From assembly GCA_050015475.1 (NCBI GenBank), contig JBEKBI010000015.1, forward strand, positions 182 to 64,181: a stretch of DNA of 64,000 nt, given 5' to 3'. A program made the position numbers and the translations under genes. The DNA comes from Acidimicrobiales bacterium (GTDB lineage Bacteria; Actinomycetota; Acidimicrobiia; Acidimicrobiales; Bog-793). Positions 56,752 through 64,000 of this stretch are shown here, piece by piece; position 1 is the stretch's first letter; each line of letters opens with the position of its first letter. The notes below the pieces were generated by a model. The model saw only the letters and a program-made list of their open reading frames with translations. It searched no databases and was not told where the DNA came from.

Positions 56752-57849
56752 TCACTTTGGCGCGGGCTGCTGTTGGGTGATGCAGTGCACGTTGCCGCCG
56801 CCAAGCACGATCTCGAATCCGGGCACGGTCACGACCTGCCGGCTGGGGAAGGCGGCCTGGATCTTCGCCTCAGCCTCTGCGTCGCTCTCATCGTCGAAGA
56901 CCGGGAGGATGACGCCGCCGTTCACGATCAGGAAGTTGAGATACGACGCGGCCGTCTTGTCACCGGCGAGACGCGGGGCCGACCCCTCCGCAGTGTCGAT
57001 GCCGGAGGCGACTTCCTCGCTGATCTCGGTGACAGCCGGCATCGGTACCGTCTCGACGTGCAGACGGCGGCCCTTGGCGTCGGTGGCCTGTCCGAGAACG
57101 CGAAGATTGTCCTGCAACAGCTCGTAGCGCCAGTCGCTCTTGTCCTCCGTCACGCCCGCGAGCACTACGCCGGGAGCCGCAAAGCAGGCGACATCGTCGA
57201 CGTGCCCGTTCGTCTCCTCCGGGTCGATCCCGCGCGCCAGCCAGATGATCCGCTCGACGCTCAGATAGTCGCGGAGGAACTGCTCGATCTCCTCGCGCGA
57301 CAGCTCAGGGTTGCGTCCCGGCGAGAGCAGGCACTCCTCTGTCGTGAGCAGCGTGCCCTCGCCGTCTACGTGGAACGAGCCGCCCTCCATGACAAGCGGC
57401 GCCCGATAGCGGTCGACCCGCTCGATCTCGGCGATCTTGCGCGGCACCAGTTGGTCCTTGTCCCACGGAAAGTACAAGCCGTCGTAGAGCCCGCCCCAGG
57501 CGTTGAATTGCCAGTCCACGAGGCGTACGGAGCCCTTGTCATCGACGACGAAGGTCGGTCCGCAGTCGCGGACCCAGGCGTCGTTGCTCGAGATCTCGAC
57601 GACTCGCACCGACTCGGGCAGCATGGAGCGCGCGTTCTCGTACTGGTCGTGGATGACGCCCACGCTCACCGGCTCGAAGCGGGCGATGGCCGTGGCCACC
57701 TCGACCCAGGCGCGCTGCGCGGGCTTGGCACCGAGGCGCCAGTTGTCGGGACGATAAGGCCAAAGCATCCAGGTCTGCGCGTGTGGCTCCCACTCGGCCG
57801 GCATGCGAAAGCCGTCGGCGCGCGGTGTCCCGTCAAGCAGTGGACTCAT
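56752..57849 (-). CDS. aguA: Agmatine deiminase (guanidino-group-modifying enzyme superfamily)
   Basis: [11 protein letters not shown]-terminus and the C-terminal catalytic-Cys block [16 protein letters not shown] 57849 forms an ATGA overlap with the permease stop. Confidence 0.9.
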   Translation of the reverse strand: MSPLLDGTPRADGFRMPAEWEPHAQTWMLWPYRPDNWRLGAKPAQRAWVEVATAIARFEPVSVGVIHDQYENARSMLPESVRVVEISSNDAWVRDCGPTFVVDDKGSVRLVDWQFNAWGGLYDGLYFPWDKDQLVPRKIAEIERVDRYRAPLVMEGGSFHVDGEGTLLTTEECLLSPGRNPELSREEIEQFLRDYLSVERIIWLARGIDPEETNGHVDDVACFAAPGVVLAGVTEDKSDWRYELLQDNLRVLGQATDAKGRRLHVETVPMPAVTEISEEVASGIDTAEGSAPRLAGDKTAASYLNFLIVNGGVILPVFDDESDAEAEAKIQAAFPSRQVVTVPGFEIVLGGGNVHCITQQQPAPK

Positions 57850-59357
57850 TCGGATCCCTCCAGGAGCAGTTGTTGATCGGGCAAAAGCCCTCGAGCCTCG
57901 GCGCTCTTCGACTCCACGGCGAGGTTTATATCCGATTCGACGTCGTGGGGCGAGGAGAAACGCGCGAACACGATTCCCATGATCCCCACGACCACGAGAC
58001 CGATAAGCATCTGGACGATGAACGACCAGTCAACCGGGCCCGATGGATTCCAGACGAAGAACACGATGCCGGCTGCGACGAAGGCGACCACGAGACCGCC
58101 TACGATCCCGGCTCCGAGCTTGCCTCCCGGCACTTTGTACGGCCGCGGCGCATCCGGGTCCTTGATGCGCAGCTTCAAGAAAGCCGCCGCCATCACCAGG
58201 TAACAGAACAAGAAGACCACCGAGCTGAACGCGAACAGGTTCCAGAACAGCGTCACGACGCCCGAGTTCTGGCCTGTCACGGCGACGATGATGCCCCATC
58301 CGAGCGTGAAGACCGTGCCGACTGTCGAGATCAGCGCCGCCGCTCCGACGGGAGTCTTGAACCTGGGGTTCAACCTTCCGAAGGCCCGGGGAAGGTCCCC
58401 GCGCTGTGCCGCCTCGGCCGCGGCCCGGTTGGCTCCGATGGTCCACGGGATGAGGAGGGCGAAAAAGCAGTAGAGCGCCCCAAGGCCGAGCAGGAAGGCA
58501 AACGCGTGACCGACGGCAGACGACCCGAGCCCTGCCTTGAGCGCCGTGTAGAGCCCGGTTGTGGTCTGGATGGAGGCGAGCGGCCGAAGCAGCAGCATGC
58601 CGACCGTCGACACGAGGTAGAGCACGCCGATGAGCAGGCCGGCGGTGAGGATCGTGCGGGGCACGTCCCGCTTCGGGTCGCGCATCTCCTGGCTGGCACT
58701 GCTCATGAGCTCGAAGCCGAGGAAGTTGTAGACGACGACGCCGAGGAATCCAACTGTCGTCCAGCTCGGCAGGAGCGTCCCGGTGTTCCAGGCGTTGGCC
58801 GAGCCGTGGTGAACAGCGAAGACGACACCGGACACGAACAGCACGACCATCACCGTGACGGTGATCACGGCGGCGACGTTCGCCACCCACTTGCTCGTGT
58901 CGAGCCGGATGACGTTGATGGCGAAGTTCAACCAGATGAGGACCACCGCGATGAGCACGCTCGGCCAGTAACCCAGGTGCCAGCCGAAGATCTGGCCGAG
59001 GAGCGTCGAGAACATCAGATAGACCGACGGCAGCCAGATGCCGACGTTCACCCAGTACCACCAGGACACCTGCGTGCCCCAGAAGCGACCGAAGGCTCGG
59101 GACACCCAGGAGTAGATACCCCCCGCGTCCGGGTAGGTGGAGCCGAGCTCAGCCGTGATGAGCCCGTAAGGGAGGAAGAAGAAGAAGATCACGACCGCGG
59201 TCCACAAGACAACGGACTGCCCCAGCTGGGCGGTGACCGGCACCTCCGAGAGGAGCAGAATCGCCGTCACGCTGAACAGGATCATGTCGAAACGCCGGAG
59301 ACCTCCCCGCTTCGTGGAGGCCAACGAGCTCTCGGTGCTCATCTCGATCGTGGTCAT
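57846..59357 (-). CDS. APC superfamily amino-acid/polyamine permease
   Basis: 12 TM segments and APC-like blocks. Translationally coupled to aguA. Confidence 0.75.
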   Translation of the reverse strand: MTTIEMSTESSLASTKRGGLRRFDMILFSVTAILLLSEVPVTAQLGQSVVLWTAVVIFFFFLPYGLITAELGSTYPDAGGIYSWVSRAFGRFWGTQVSWWYWVNVGIWLPSVYLMFSTLLGQIFGWHLGYWPSVLIAVVLIWLNFAINVIRLDTSKWVANVAAVITVTVMVVLFVSGVVFAVHHGSANAWNTGTLLPSWTTVGFLGVVVYNFLGFELMSSASQEMRDPKRDVPRTILTAGLLIGVLYLVSTVGMLLLRPLASIQTTTGLYTALKAGLGSSAVGHAFAFLLGLGALYCFFALLIPWTIGANRAAAEAAQRGDLPRAFGRLNPRFKTPVGAAALISTVGTVFTLGWGIIVAVTGQNSGVVTLFWNLFAFSSVVFLFCYLVMAAAFLKLRIKDPDAPRPYKVPGGKLGAGIVGGLVVAFVAAGIVFFVWNPSGPVDWSFIVQMLIGLVVVGIMGIVFARFSSPHDVESDINLAVESKSAEARGLLPDQQLLLEGSE

Positions 59358-59531
59358 GCAGCATCTCCTCGTCTCTGCCGGTCGCAGTCCCCCGCCCCTT
59401 CGATCCGAGCCGCGCTTGAGCGCGACCGATCAAGACATGGGCCGAGGACCGTGCCCAAGCAAGCCTGATTTGGCAGCACCGAGAGCCCCGGCGGCCGCCA
59501 GCCCCCTAGTGAAAGACTGGGCCGACTGACT

Positions 59532-59545
59532 TGGACATGTGTCCA
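59532..59545. promoter_or_regulatory. Candidate TetR operator palindrome
   Basis: TGGACA-TG-TGTCCA is a perfect 6-bp inverted repeat with a 2-nt spacer. It lies in the 237-bp gap between the tetR stop and the APC permease start, about 175 nt upstream of the permease ATG. Confidence 0.3.
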
Positions 59546-59594
59546 GGTTAACGCCGTTTACCGGGACGGCCTAGGGCCTAAGGTCCCTTCCTGG

Positions 59595-60236
59595 TCAATG
59601 TTCGGCCAGCCCGGCCTCGCGGCGGCTGGCCTCGTGCACCCAGGTGACCAGCACGTCCCGGGAAATGTCGGCCTGGCGAGCGAGCATCTGGATCTCCAGC
59701 CCGTCGAGCAGGGCCAGCATCCGCCAGGCGGCTGCTCTCGGGTGCGTGCAGTGGAACGTGCCGTCTTTCATGCCCGCCTCGAAGGTCTCCTCGAACAGCC
59801 GCACCCATCCCAAGTTGATGGACCGGGCGCTCGCCCGGATCGACTCATGGTGCGCTGACGCGGACCAGGCGTCCATCCAGAGCAGGAACGGCCACTCGGC
59901 ATCTGGTGGGACGAATGCCTCCACGAGCGTCGTCAGGCGGGCCACCGCCCCGTCACAGGCATGCACGGCATCGCTGACGCGCTTCAAGTCGTCGCCGGCC
60001 ACCTGCACGAATGCCTCAGCGACGAGGTCGTCCTGGGACTTGAAGTAGTGGTGGACGAGACCGGGGCTGACGCCGGCCTCCGCCGCCACGTCGCGGGTGG
60101 TCGTCTCAAGCAGCCCCTGACGTTGAATGACGCGGATGGCGGCGGACACGAGCTCCGAGCGCCTCACGTCGCCGGGGAGGTGCTGTTGGCCCGCCGGCCG
60201 GCGGGGTTCAGGGCTGGGGGTGACGGACACGCTCAA
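59595..60236 (-). CDS. TetR family transcriptional regulator
   Basis: N-terminal HTH block TTTRDVAAEAGVSPGLVHHYF. The start is TTG 60236 or GTG 60230. Confidence 0.88.
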   Translation of the reverse strand: MSVSVTPSPEPRRPAGQQHLPGDVRRSELVSAAIRVIQRQGLLETTTRDVAAEAGVSPGLVHHYFKSQDDLVAEAFVQVAGDDLKRVSDAVHACDGAVARLTTLVEAFVPPDAEWPFLLWMDAWSASAHHESIRASARSINLGWVRLFEETFEAGMKDGTFHCTHPRAAAWRMLALLDGLEIQMLARQADISRDVLVTWVHEASRREAGLAEH

Positions 60237-60278
60237 ACCATACGCGGTCCGCCCCGAGAGCGGCTCAGCGGATGAGTC

Positions 60279-61964
60279 TCACAGGAAGAACAAGCGAGCG
60301 AGCGGGACTGTATCGACCGGATCCATCTCAAGGGGTGTCCCGTCGAGGTCGACCCGCGCGGACTTCGGGTCGACGGTGATCTCGCCCAAGCGGCCGTGCC
60401 TCACCATGTCGAGGGCGTCGACGCTCCTGCATCCGTGCACGGCGACGCGTCGCCTGCGAGTCGGGAACGTGTCAGCGTCGGTGTCAACTGCCGCCGAGTT
60501 GGTGAACAGCACAGAGAGCTCGGCCGCCATGCCCCCGTGGGCGCCGAACTGCTTGTCGAGCACGATCGGTTCACAGTTCGGGATGGTCGCGTTCGGGTCG
60601 CCCACTGATCCCCAGGCGGGGAGCCCGCCTTTGACGACGAGCTCGGGCTTGGCGCCGAAGGACTCGGCTCTCCACAACACGACGTCGGCCAACCGGTCCG
60701 GCTGCAAGGAGCCGACCTCCGCCGACAGGCCGTGGGCGATGGCCGGGTTGATCGTCAATTTCGCCAGGTAACGCAGCACGCGGGCATTGTCGTTGCCGCT
60801 GCCGTCGTCCGGCTCGGAGCCGCCGAGGCCTTTGGCCACGGCGGCGAGGGCGAACGTGCGCCGAATCGTCTCACCGGCTCTGCCCATGCCCTGGGCGTCC
60901 GAGCTCGTGATGGGGATGACCCCGATGTCGTGCAGCAGGTTCTCGGCTCCCATGGTCGAGGCCCGGGCCCGTTGGCGGGCCAGCTCGACGTCACCGGTCA
61001 GCTCCGGGTGCAACCCGTGCGAGGTCATGATCATGCTCACCGTCTCGGCGAGGGCGTCACGCCCGAACGGGAGCGTCGGGTTGGTGGAGGAGGCGAGCAC
61101 GTTGCGGACCCCTGCCAGCCTGAGAACGTCGGGCACGTGCCCTCCGCCGCAGCCCTCGACGTGGTAGGCGTGCACCACGCGACCGTCCAGGACAGCCAGG
61201 GTGTCGTCTACGCAGAGTCCTTCGTTGAGGCCGTCGGAATGCAGGGCCACCTGCACGTCGTGCTCTTCGGCGACCTTGAGGGCCATGTCCAAGGTGCGCA
61301 AGTGGGCGCCCGTGTCCTCGTGAACCTTGAAACCGCACACGCCGCCTTCGAGCGCCTCGAGGAGCGGGCCCTCTTTGGAGCTCGAGCCCCGGCCCAGCAC
61401 TCCAATGTTGAGCGGCCAGGCGTCGAAGGCCGCATAGGCACGGCGCAGTGCCCAACCGGAACCGACCCCCACGCCCCAGAAGGGACCGAACTCCTGGCAG
61501 ACGAGCGTCGTCACCCCGGAGGAGATGGCGGCTTCGAAAACCCGCGGCGACAGGCCGTGCACGTGGGTGTCCACGCAACCGGCGGTGGCGATGTACCCCT
61601 CGCCGGGGATGATCACCGTCCCACTGCCGACGACGACGTCAACGCCATCGGTGATGTCGGGATTGCCGGCTCTCCCCAGGGCCACGATCCGGCCCTCGCG
61701 GATGCCTATCGACGTCACCCTCACCCCGAGAACGGGGTCGAGCACCAACGGGTTCGTGATCACCACGTCGCACGACTCGGTGCACCGGACCGACTGGAGC
61801 CCAATGCCGTCTCGGGCAGTCTTGGCGAACCCGATCAAGATCTCGTCGCCCGCCAGGCGGTCGTCGCGCTCGACTTCCACGACGAGCCCGGTGTCGGCGA
61901 GCCGGACCCGGTCACCCAGTCGGGGGCCGTTGGCCGCCAGGTCGGCCCAGAAAGAGCTCGTCAT
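60279..61964 (-). CDS. ureC: Urease alpha-subunit homologue
   Basis: GDRVRLADTGL, VDTHVH, GFKVHED, ALHSDGLNE, YHVEGCGGGHVPD, SSTNPTLP and TSSDAQGMGR blocks. All dinickel-site ligand positions appear present. ATG 61964 forms an ATGA overlap with the upstream stop. Confidence 0.88.
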   Translation of the reverse strand: MTSSFWADLAANGPRLGDRVRLADTGLVVEVERDDRLAGDEILIGFAKTARDGIGLQSVRCTESCDVVITNPLVLDPVLGVRVTSIGIREGRIVALGRAGNPDITDGVDVVVGSGTVIIPGEGYIATAGCVDTHVHGLSPRVFEAAISSGVTTLVCQEFGPFWGVGVGSGWALRRAYAAFDAWPLNIGVLGRGSSSKEGPLLEALEGGVCGFKVHEDTGAHLRTLDMALKVAEEHDVQVALHSDGLNEGLCVDDTLAVLDGRVVHAYHVEGCGGGHVPDVLRLAGVRNVLASSTNPTLPFGRDALAETVSMIMTSHGLHPELTGDVELARQRARASTMGAENLLHDIGVIPITSSDAQGMGRAGETIRRTFALAAVAKGLGGSEPDDGSGNDNARVLRYLAKLTINPAIAHGLSAEVGSLQPDRLADVVLWRAESFGAKPELVVKGGLPAWGSVGDPNATIPNCEPIVLDKQFGAHGGMAAELSVLFTNSAAVDTDADTFPTRRRRVAVHGCRSVDALDMVRHGRLGEITVDPKSARVDLDGTPLEMDPVDTVPLARLFFL

Positions 61965-62746
61965 GCCTGCCACTTTCCGTCTCGGCGAGCCGCTATCACC
62001 TCGGCGACCGCCTGCGAGGGATCAGACACCGCCGTCGCCCCGGTGTCGGCGAAGCCGCAATCACGCAGGCGCCTCAATGCCTCCCCGAAGGCCCCGGGCG
62101 CGTCGAGGGGGCCATCGACGAGCCCGGCGAACCCGACGACGACCCGAGCCCCGCCGATGGGCACGACGAAGACCTCGGTCGAGATGCCCGGCTCGAACCT
62201 GACGAAGGATCCCGCGGGCAGAGCGAGATGGCGGCCGTAGGCGGCGGACCGGTCGAAACTCAGGCGCGGGTTGACCTCGAAAAAATGGAAATGGCTCGAC
62301 ACCGAGATCGGGACGTGCGCTTCGTTCACGACTTCGAGACGCGTGCTTTGGGCATCGGGCCTCGCCGGATCCCGCCAAAGCCCTGTTTCGTCGCGGTACG
62401 GGCCCGGGGTGACGCCCCCTGGGGCCTCGGGCCCAAGGTGGGATCCGCCTATCGGGTCTGGGACCGTGACAAGTCTGGTGCCGTCGTCGAACACCGCCTC
62501 CACGTGCACCTCGGCGACGATGTCGGCCACGCCGGGCAGGACATCGTGGGGCCCGAGCACGGCGCGCCCGGCCTCAACGGCTTCGGCGTGCCTCAAACCC
62601 GCCCGCGCCGCCTCGCAGACGGCGTCAGCCACCAAGGCCGTGGCCTCGGGGACGTTGAGCAACAGTCCCCGGGATCTCCGGGAGCGAGCGAGCTCGGCCG
62701 CCGTGAACAGCAGTAGTCGGTCGCGCTCTTGAGGTGAGAGGTTCAT
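61961..62746 (-). CDS. ureAB: Fused urease gamma-beta subunit homologue
   Basis: The N-terminal half (MNLSPQERDRLLLFTAAELA...VEAVFDDGTRLVTV) is gamma-like. The C-terminal half (SSHFHFFEVNPRLSFDR...AGSFVRFEPG) is beta-like. The start is taken at ATG 62746. Confidence 0.85.
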   Translation of the reverse strand: MNLSPQERDRLLLFTAAELARSRRSRGLLLNVPEATALVADAVCEAARAGLRHAEAVEAGRAVLGPHDVLPGVADIVAEVHVEAVFDDGTRLVTVPDPIGGSHLGPEAPGGVTPGPYRDETGLWRDPARPDAQSTRLEVVNEAHVPISVSSHFHFFEVNPRLSFDRSAAYGRHLALPAGSFVRFEPGISTEVFVVPIGGARVVVGFAGLVDGPLDAPGAFGEALRRLRDCGFADTGATAVSDPSQAVAEVIAARRDGKWQA

Positions 62747-62856
62747 AGGCGCATCCCCGTCAGGCTGACATGATCCTCGGAGAGCGTCAAACATCCGACG
62801 GGAGCCGGGCGGCACGACTTCAAGCCGCGACGTCGCTCGCCGATCGCGGCCCATGG

Positions 62857-62872
62857 CCCCCGATCCCGGGGG
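62857..62872. terminator. Candidate GC stem-loop between the XDH-family gene and ureAB
   Basis: CCCCCG atcc CGGGGG forms a 6-bp stem with a 4-nt loop, beginning 9 nt beyond the XDH-family stop. The T-run lies on the plus-strand side only, so its function on the minus strand is uncertain. Confidence 0.25.
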
Positions 62873-62880
62873 TTTGAGCT

Positions 62881-64000
62881 CTAACTCGCCTGTGACTGGA
62901 GAGCGCGCCAGACGCGCTCGGGAGTCATCGGGATCTGGTCGACAGTCACGCCGGTCGCGTTGAGGAGAGCATTGCGCACCGCCGGGGCGACGGCGTCGAT
63001 CACTATCTCCGCGATCGACTTGGCACCAAAGGGGCCGGAGGGCTCCATCGTCTGGACGAGGAAGACCTCCATGTCCGGGGTGTCATCGGACCGGAAGATC
63101 CAATAAGGCCCGAACTGGGCGTTGAGCGGCCGGCCGAGATCGTCGAGCAGGGTCTCCTCGCACATGGCGTAGCCGAGCGACTGCAGCATCCCTCCTTCCA
63201 CCTGGCCGCTCGCGGTCACCGGGTTGAGCGGCACGCCGCAGTCGACGGCCATCACCAGCTTCTTGACGGTGACCTGGCCTGTCTCGATGTCGACTTCGAT
63301 CTCGGCTAGTTGAGCGGCGAAAGGCGCCGGCGACTCGGTCGACCAGTGCGACGCCGTGCCGATGATCTGCTCCTGGTCCTCGGTGTGGAGCGAGTTGAGG
63401 GCGATGTCCGCCATCGAGACGGAGCGCCCGTCTGGCGCCCAGGCGCGGCGGTCGTGCAGCTCGATTCCCTCGGTGCCGGTCTTGAGCATGCGGGCGGCCC
63501 GCTCCACCACACGGACCCTCACGGCCTCGGCGGCCTTCTTCACCGCGTTGCCGGAGATGTAGGTCGTGCTCGAGGCATACGCGCCGACGTCGAAGGGCGT
63601 GAAGTCCGTGTCGCCGGTGTAGACGATCATGTCCTGCGTGGAGACCCCGAGCACGTCCGCGGCGATCTGGGCGAAGATCGTATCGGCTCCCGTGCCGAGG
63701 TCGGCGGCCCCCGCCGTGAGGTTGAAAGACCCGTCGTCGTTGATCTTTATCGAGCATGCCCCCATGTCGACGAACGGGATGCCCGAGCCCTGCATGCACA
63801 AAGCGAGCCCGATCCCGCGCCGGATGTTGGGGCGATCCGGTGGCTGTGTCCAGGCCGGATCCTCGCGCCTTTGCCAGCCGATGGCGCGCAAGCCCTGAGC
63901 CACGCACTCCTCCAGGCCGCAGCTCGACACACGCGGCAAGTCCTCGGGCGCGATCTCGGCCACGCCCCCGCGCTCACCGAGACGGGGAGCTATGTCGAGC
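62881..64000 (-). CDS. Xanthine dehydrogenase/aldehyde oxidase family molybdopterin-binding subunit, C-terminal part (the gene runs off the window end)
   Basis: Blocks of Mo-cofactor domains 3-4 are present: ALCMQGSG, GTGADTIFAQIAADVLG, AVDCGVPLNP and EPSGPFGAKSIAE. The frame appears open to position 64000. Confidence 0.78.
   Translation of the reverse strand, partial: LDIAPRLGERGGVAEIAPEDLPRVSSCGLEECVAQGLRAIGWQRREDPAWTQPPDRPNIRRGIGLALCMQGSGIPFVDMGACSIKINDDGSFNLTAGAADLGTGADTIFAQIAADVLGVSTQDMIVYTGDTDFTPFDVGAYASSTTYISGNAVKKAAEAVRVRVVERAARMLKTGTEGIELHDRRAWAPDGRSVSMADIALNSLHTEDQEQIIGTASHWSTESPAPFAAQLAEIEVDIETGQVTVKKLVMAVDCGVPLNPVTASGQVEGGMLQSLGYAMCEETLLDDLGRPLNAQFGPYWIFRSDDTPDMEVFLVQTMEPSGPFGAKSIAEIVIDAVAPAVRNALLNATGVTVDQIPMTPERVWRALQSQAS

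Noticed and set aside
1-64000. Search for CRISPR arrays, tRNAs, transposases/integrases, prophage or defence-system genes, and long direct or inverted repeats
   Set aside because: None were seen. Every intergenic gap was read, and none shows repeat-spacer periodicity, a tRNA cloverleaf-like sequence or IS termini. All large ORFs are assigned to housekeeping or metabolic families. This visual check is not exhaustive for short dispersed repeats.

Overview
This is a high-GC chromosomal segment of actinobacterial type (GC judged by eye, not computed). It is very compact, with about 55 protein genes, nearly all from recognisable families. The window opens inside the 5' end of a 16S rRNA gene on the minus strand.

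Gene content in order:
- mpg, then argR-argG-argH
- a PQQ-like beta-propeller lipoprotein downstream of an ABC-2 transporter pair
- a stand-alone trpF, a DMT-like membrane protein, a GroES-like protein, rlmN, mshD, nth
- an SDR, menG/ubiE, menF, an alpha/beta hydrolase (possible MenH), ppm1
- an AI-2E transporter, an LPG-synthase-TM/flippase-like protein, ppx, ppk1
- two convergent SEDS (FtsW/RodA) paralogues flanking a DUF151 bifunctional-nuclease gene
- a seven-gene run, relA-hisS-aspS-rarA-alaS-ruvX-aroE, in which every junction is a 4-nt stop/start overlap
- a GT-C-like membrane protein and a short KdpD/KdpE-type two-component pair
- several membrane proteins and transporters, a CFA-synthase-like methyltransferase, an OSBS/NSAR enolase, an NCS1 permease, HtrA, a DHA2 MFS, a GNAT and an S51 peptidase

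The last ~7 kb looks the most accessory: aguA, an APC permease, a TetR regulator, a urease-like pair (fused gamma-beta plus alpha) with no ureDEFG in view, and the 3' part of an XDH-family molybdoenzyme gene.

I saw no tRNA, CRISPR array, transposase or integrase. The ORF track reports the longest ATG/GTG/TTG-initiated frame, so many N-termini are over-extended. Where a 4-nt overlap or a GGAGG-type RBS supports a shorter start, I used it. The many 400-760 aa ORFs antisense to real genes are off-frame artefacts of high GC.

The most interesting observations are the orphan urease-like locus beside aguA/APC/TetR/XDH, the SEDS-nuclease-SEDS arrangement, the 11-kb overlap-coupled gene chain, and the back-to-back candidate leaderless promoters between ppk1 and a SEDS gene. 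All functional statements rest on motif recognition by eye. No searches were run.
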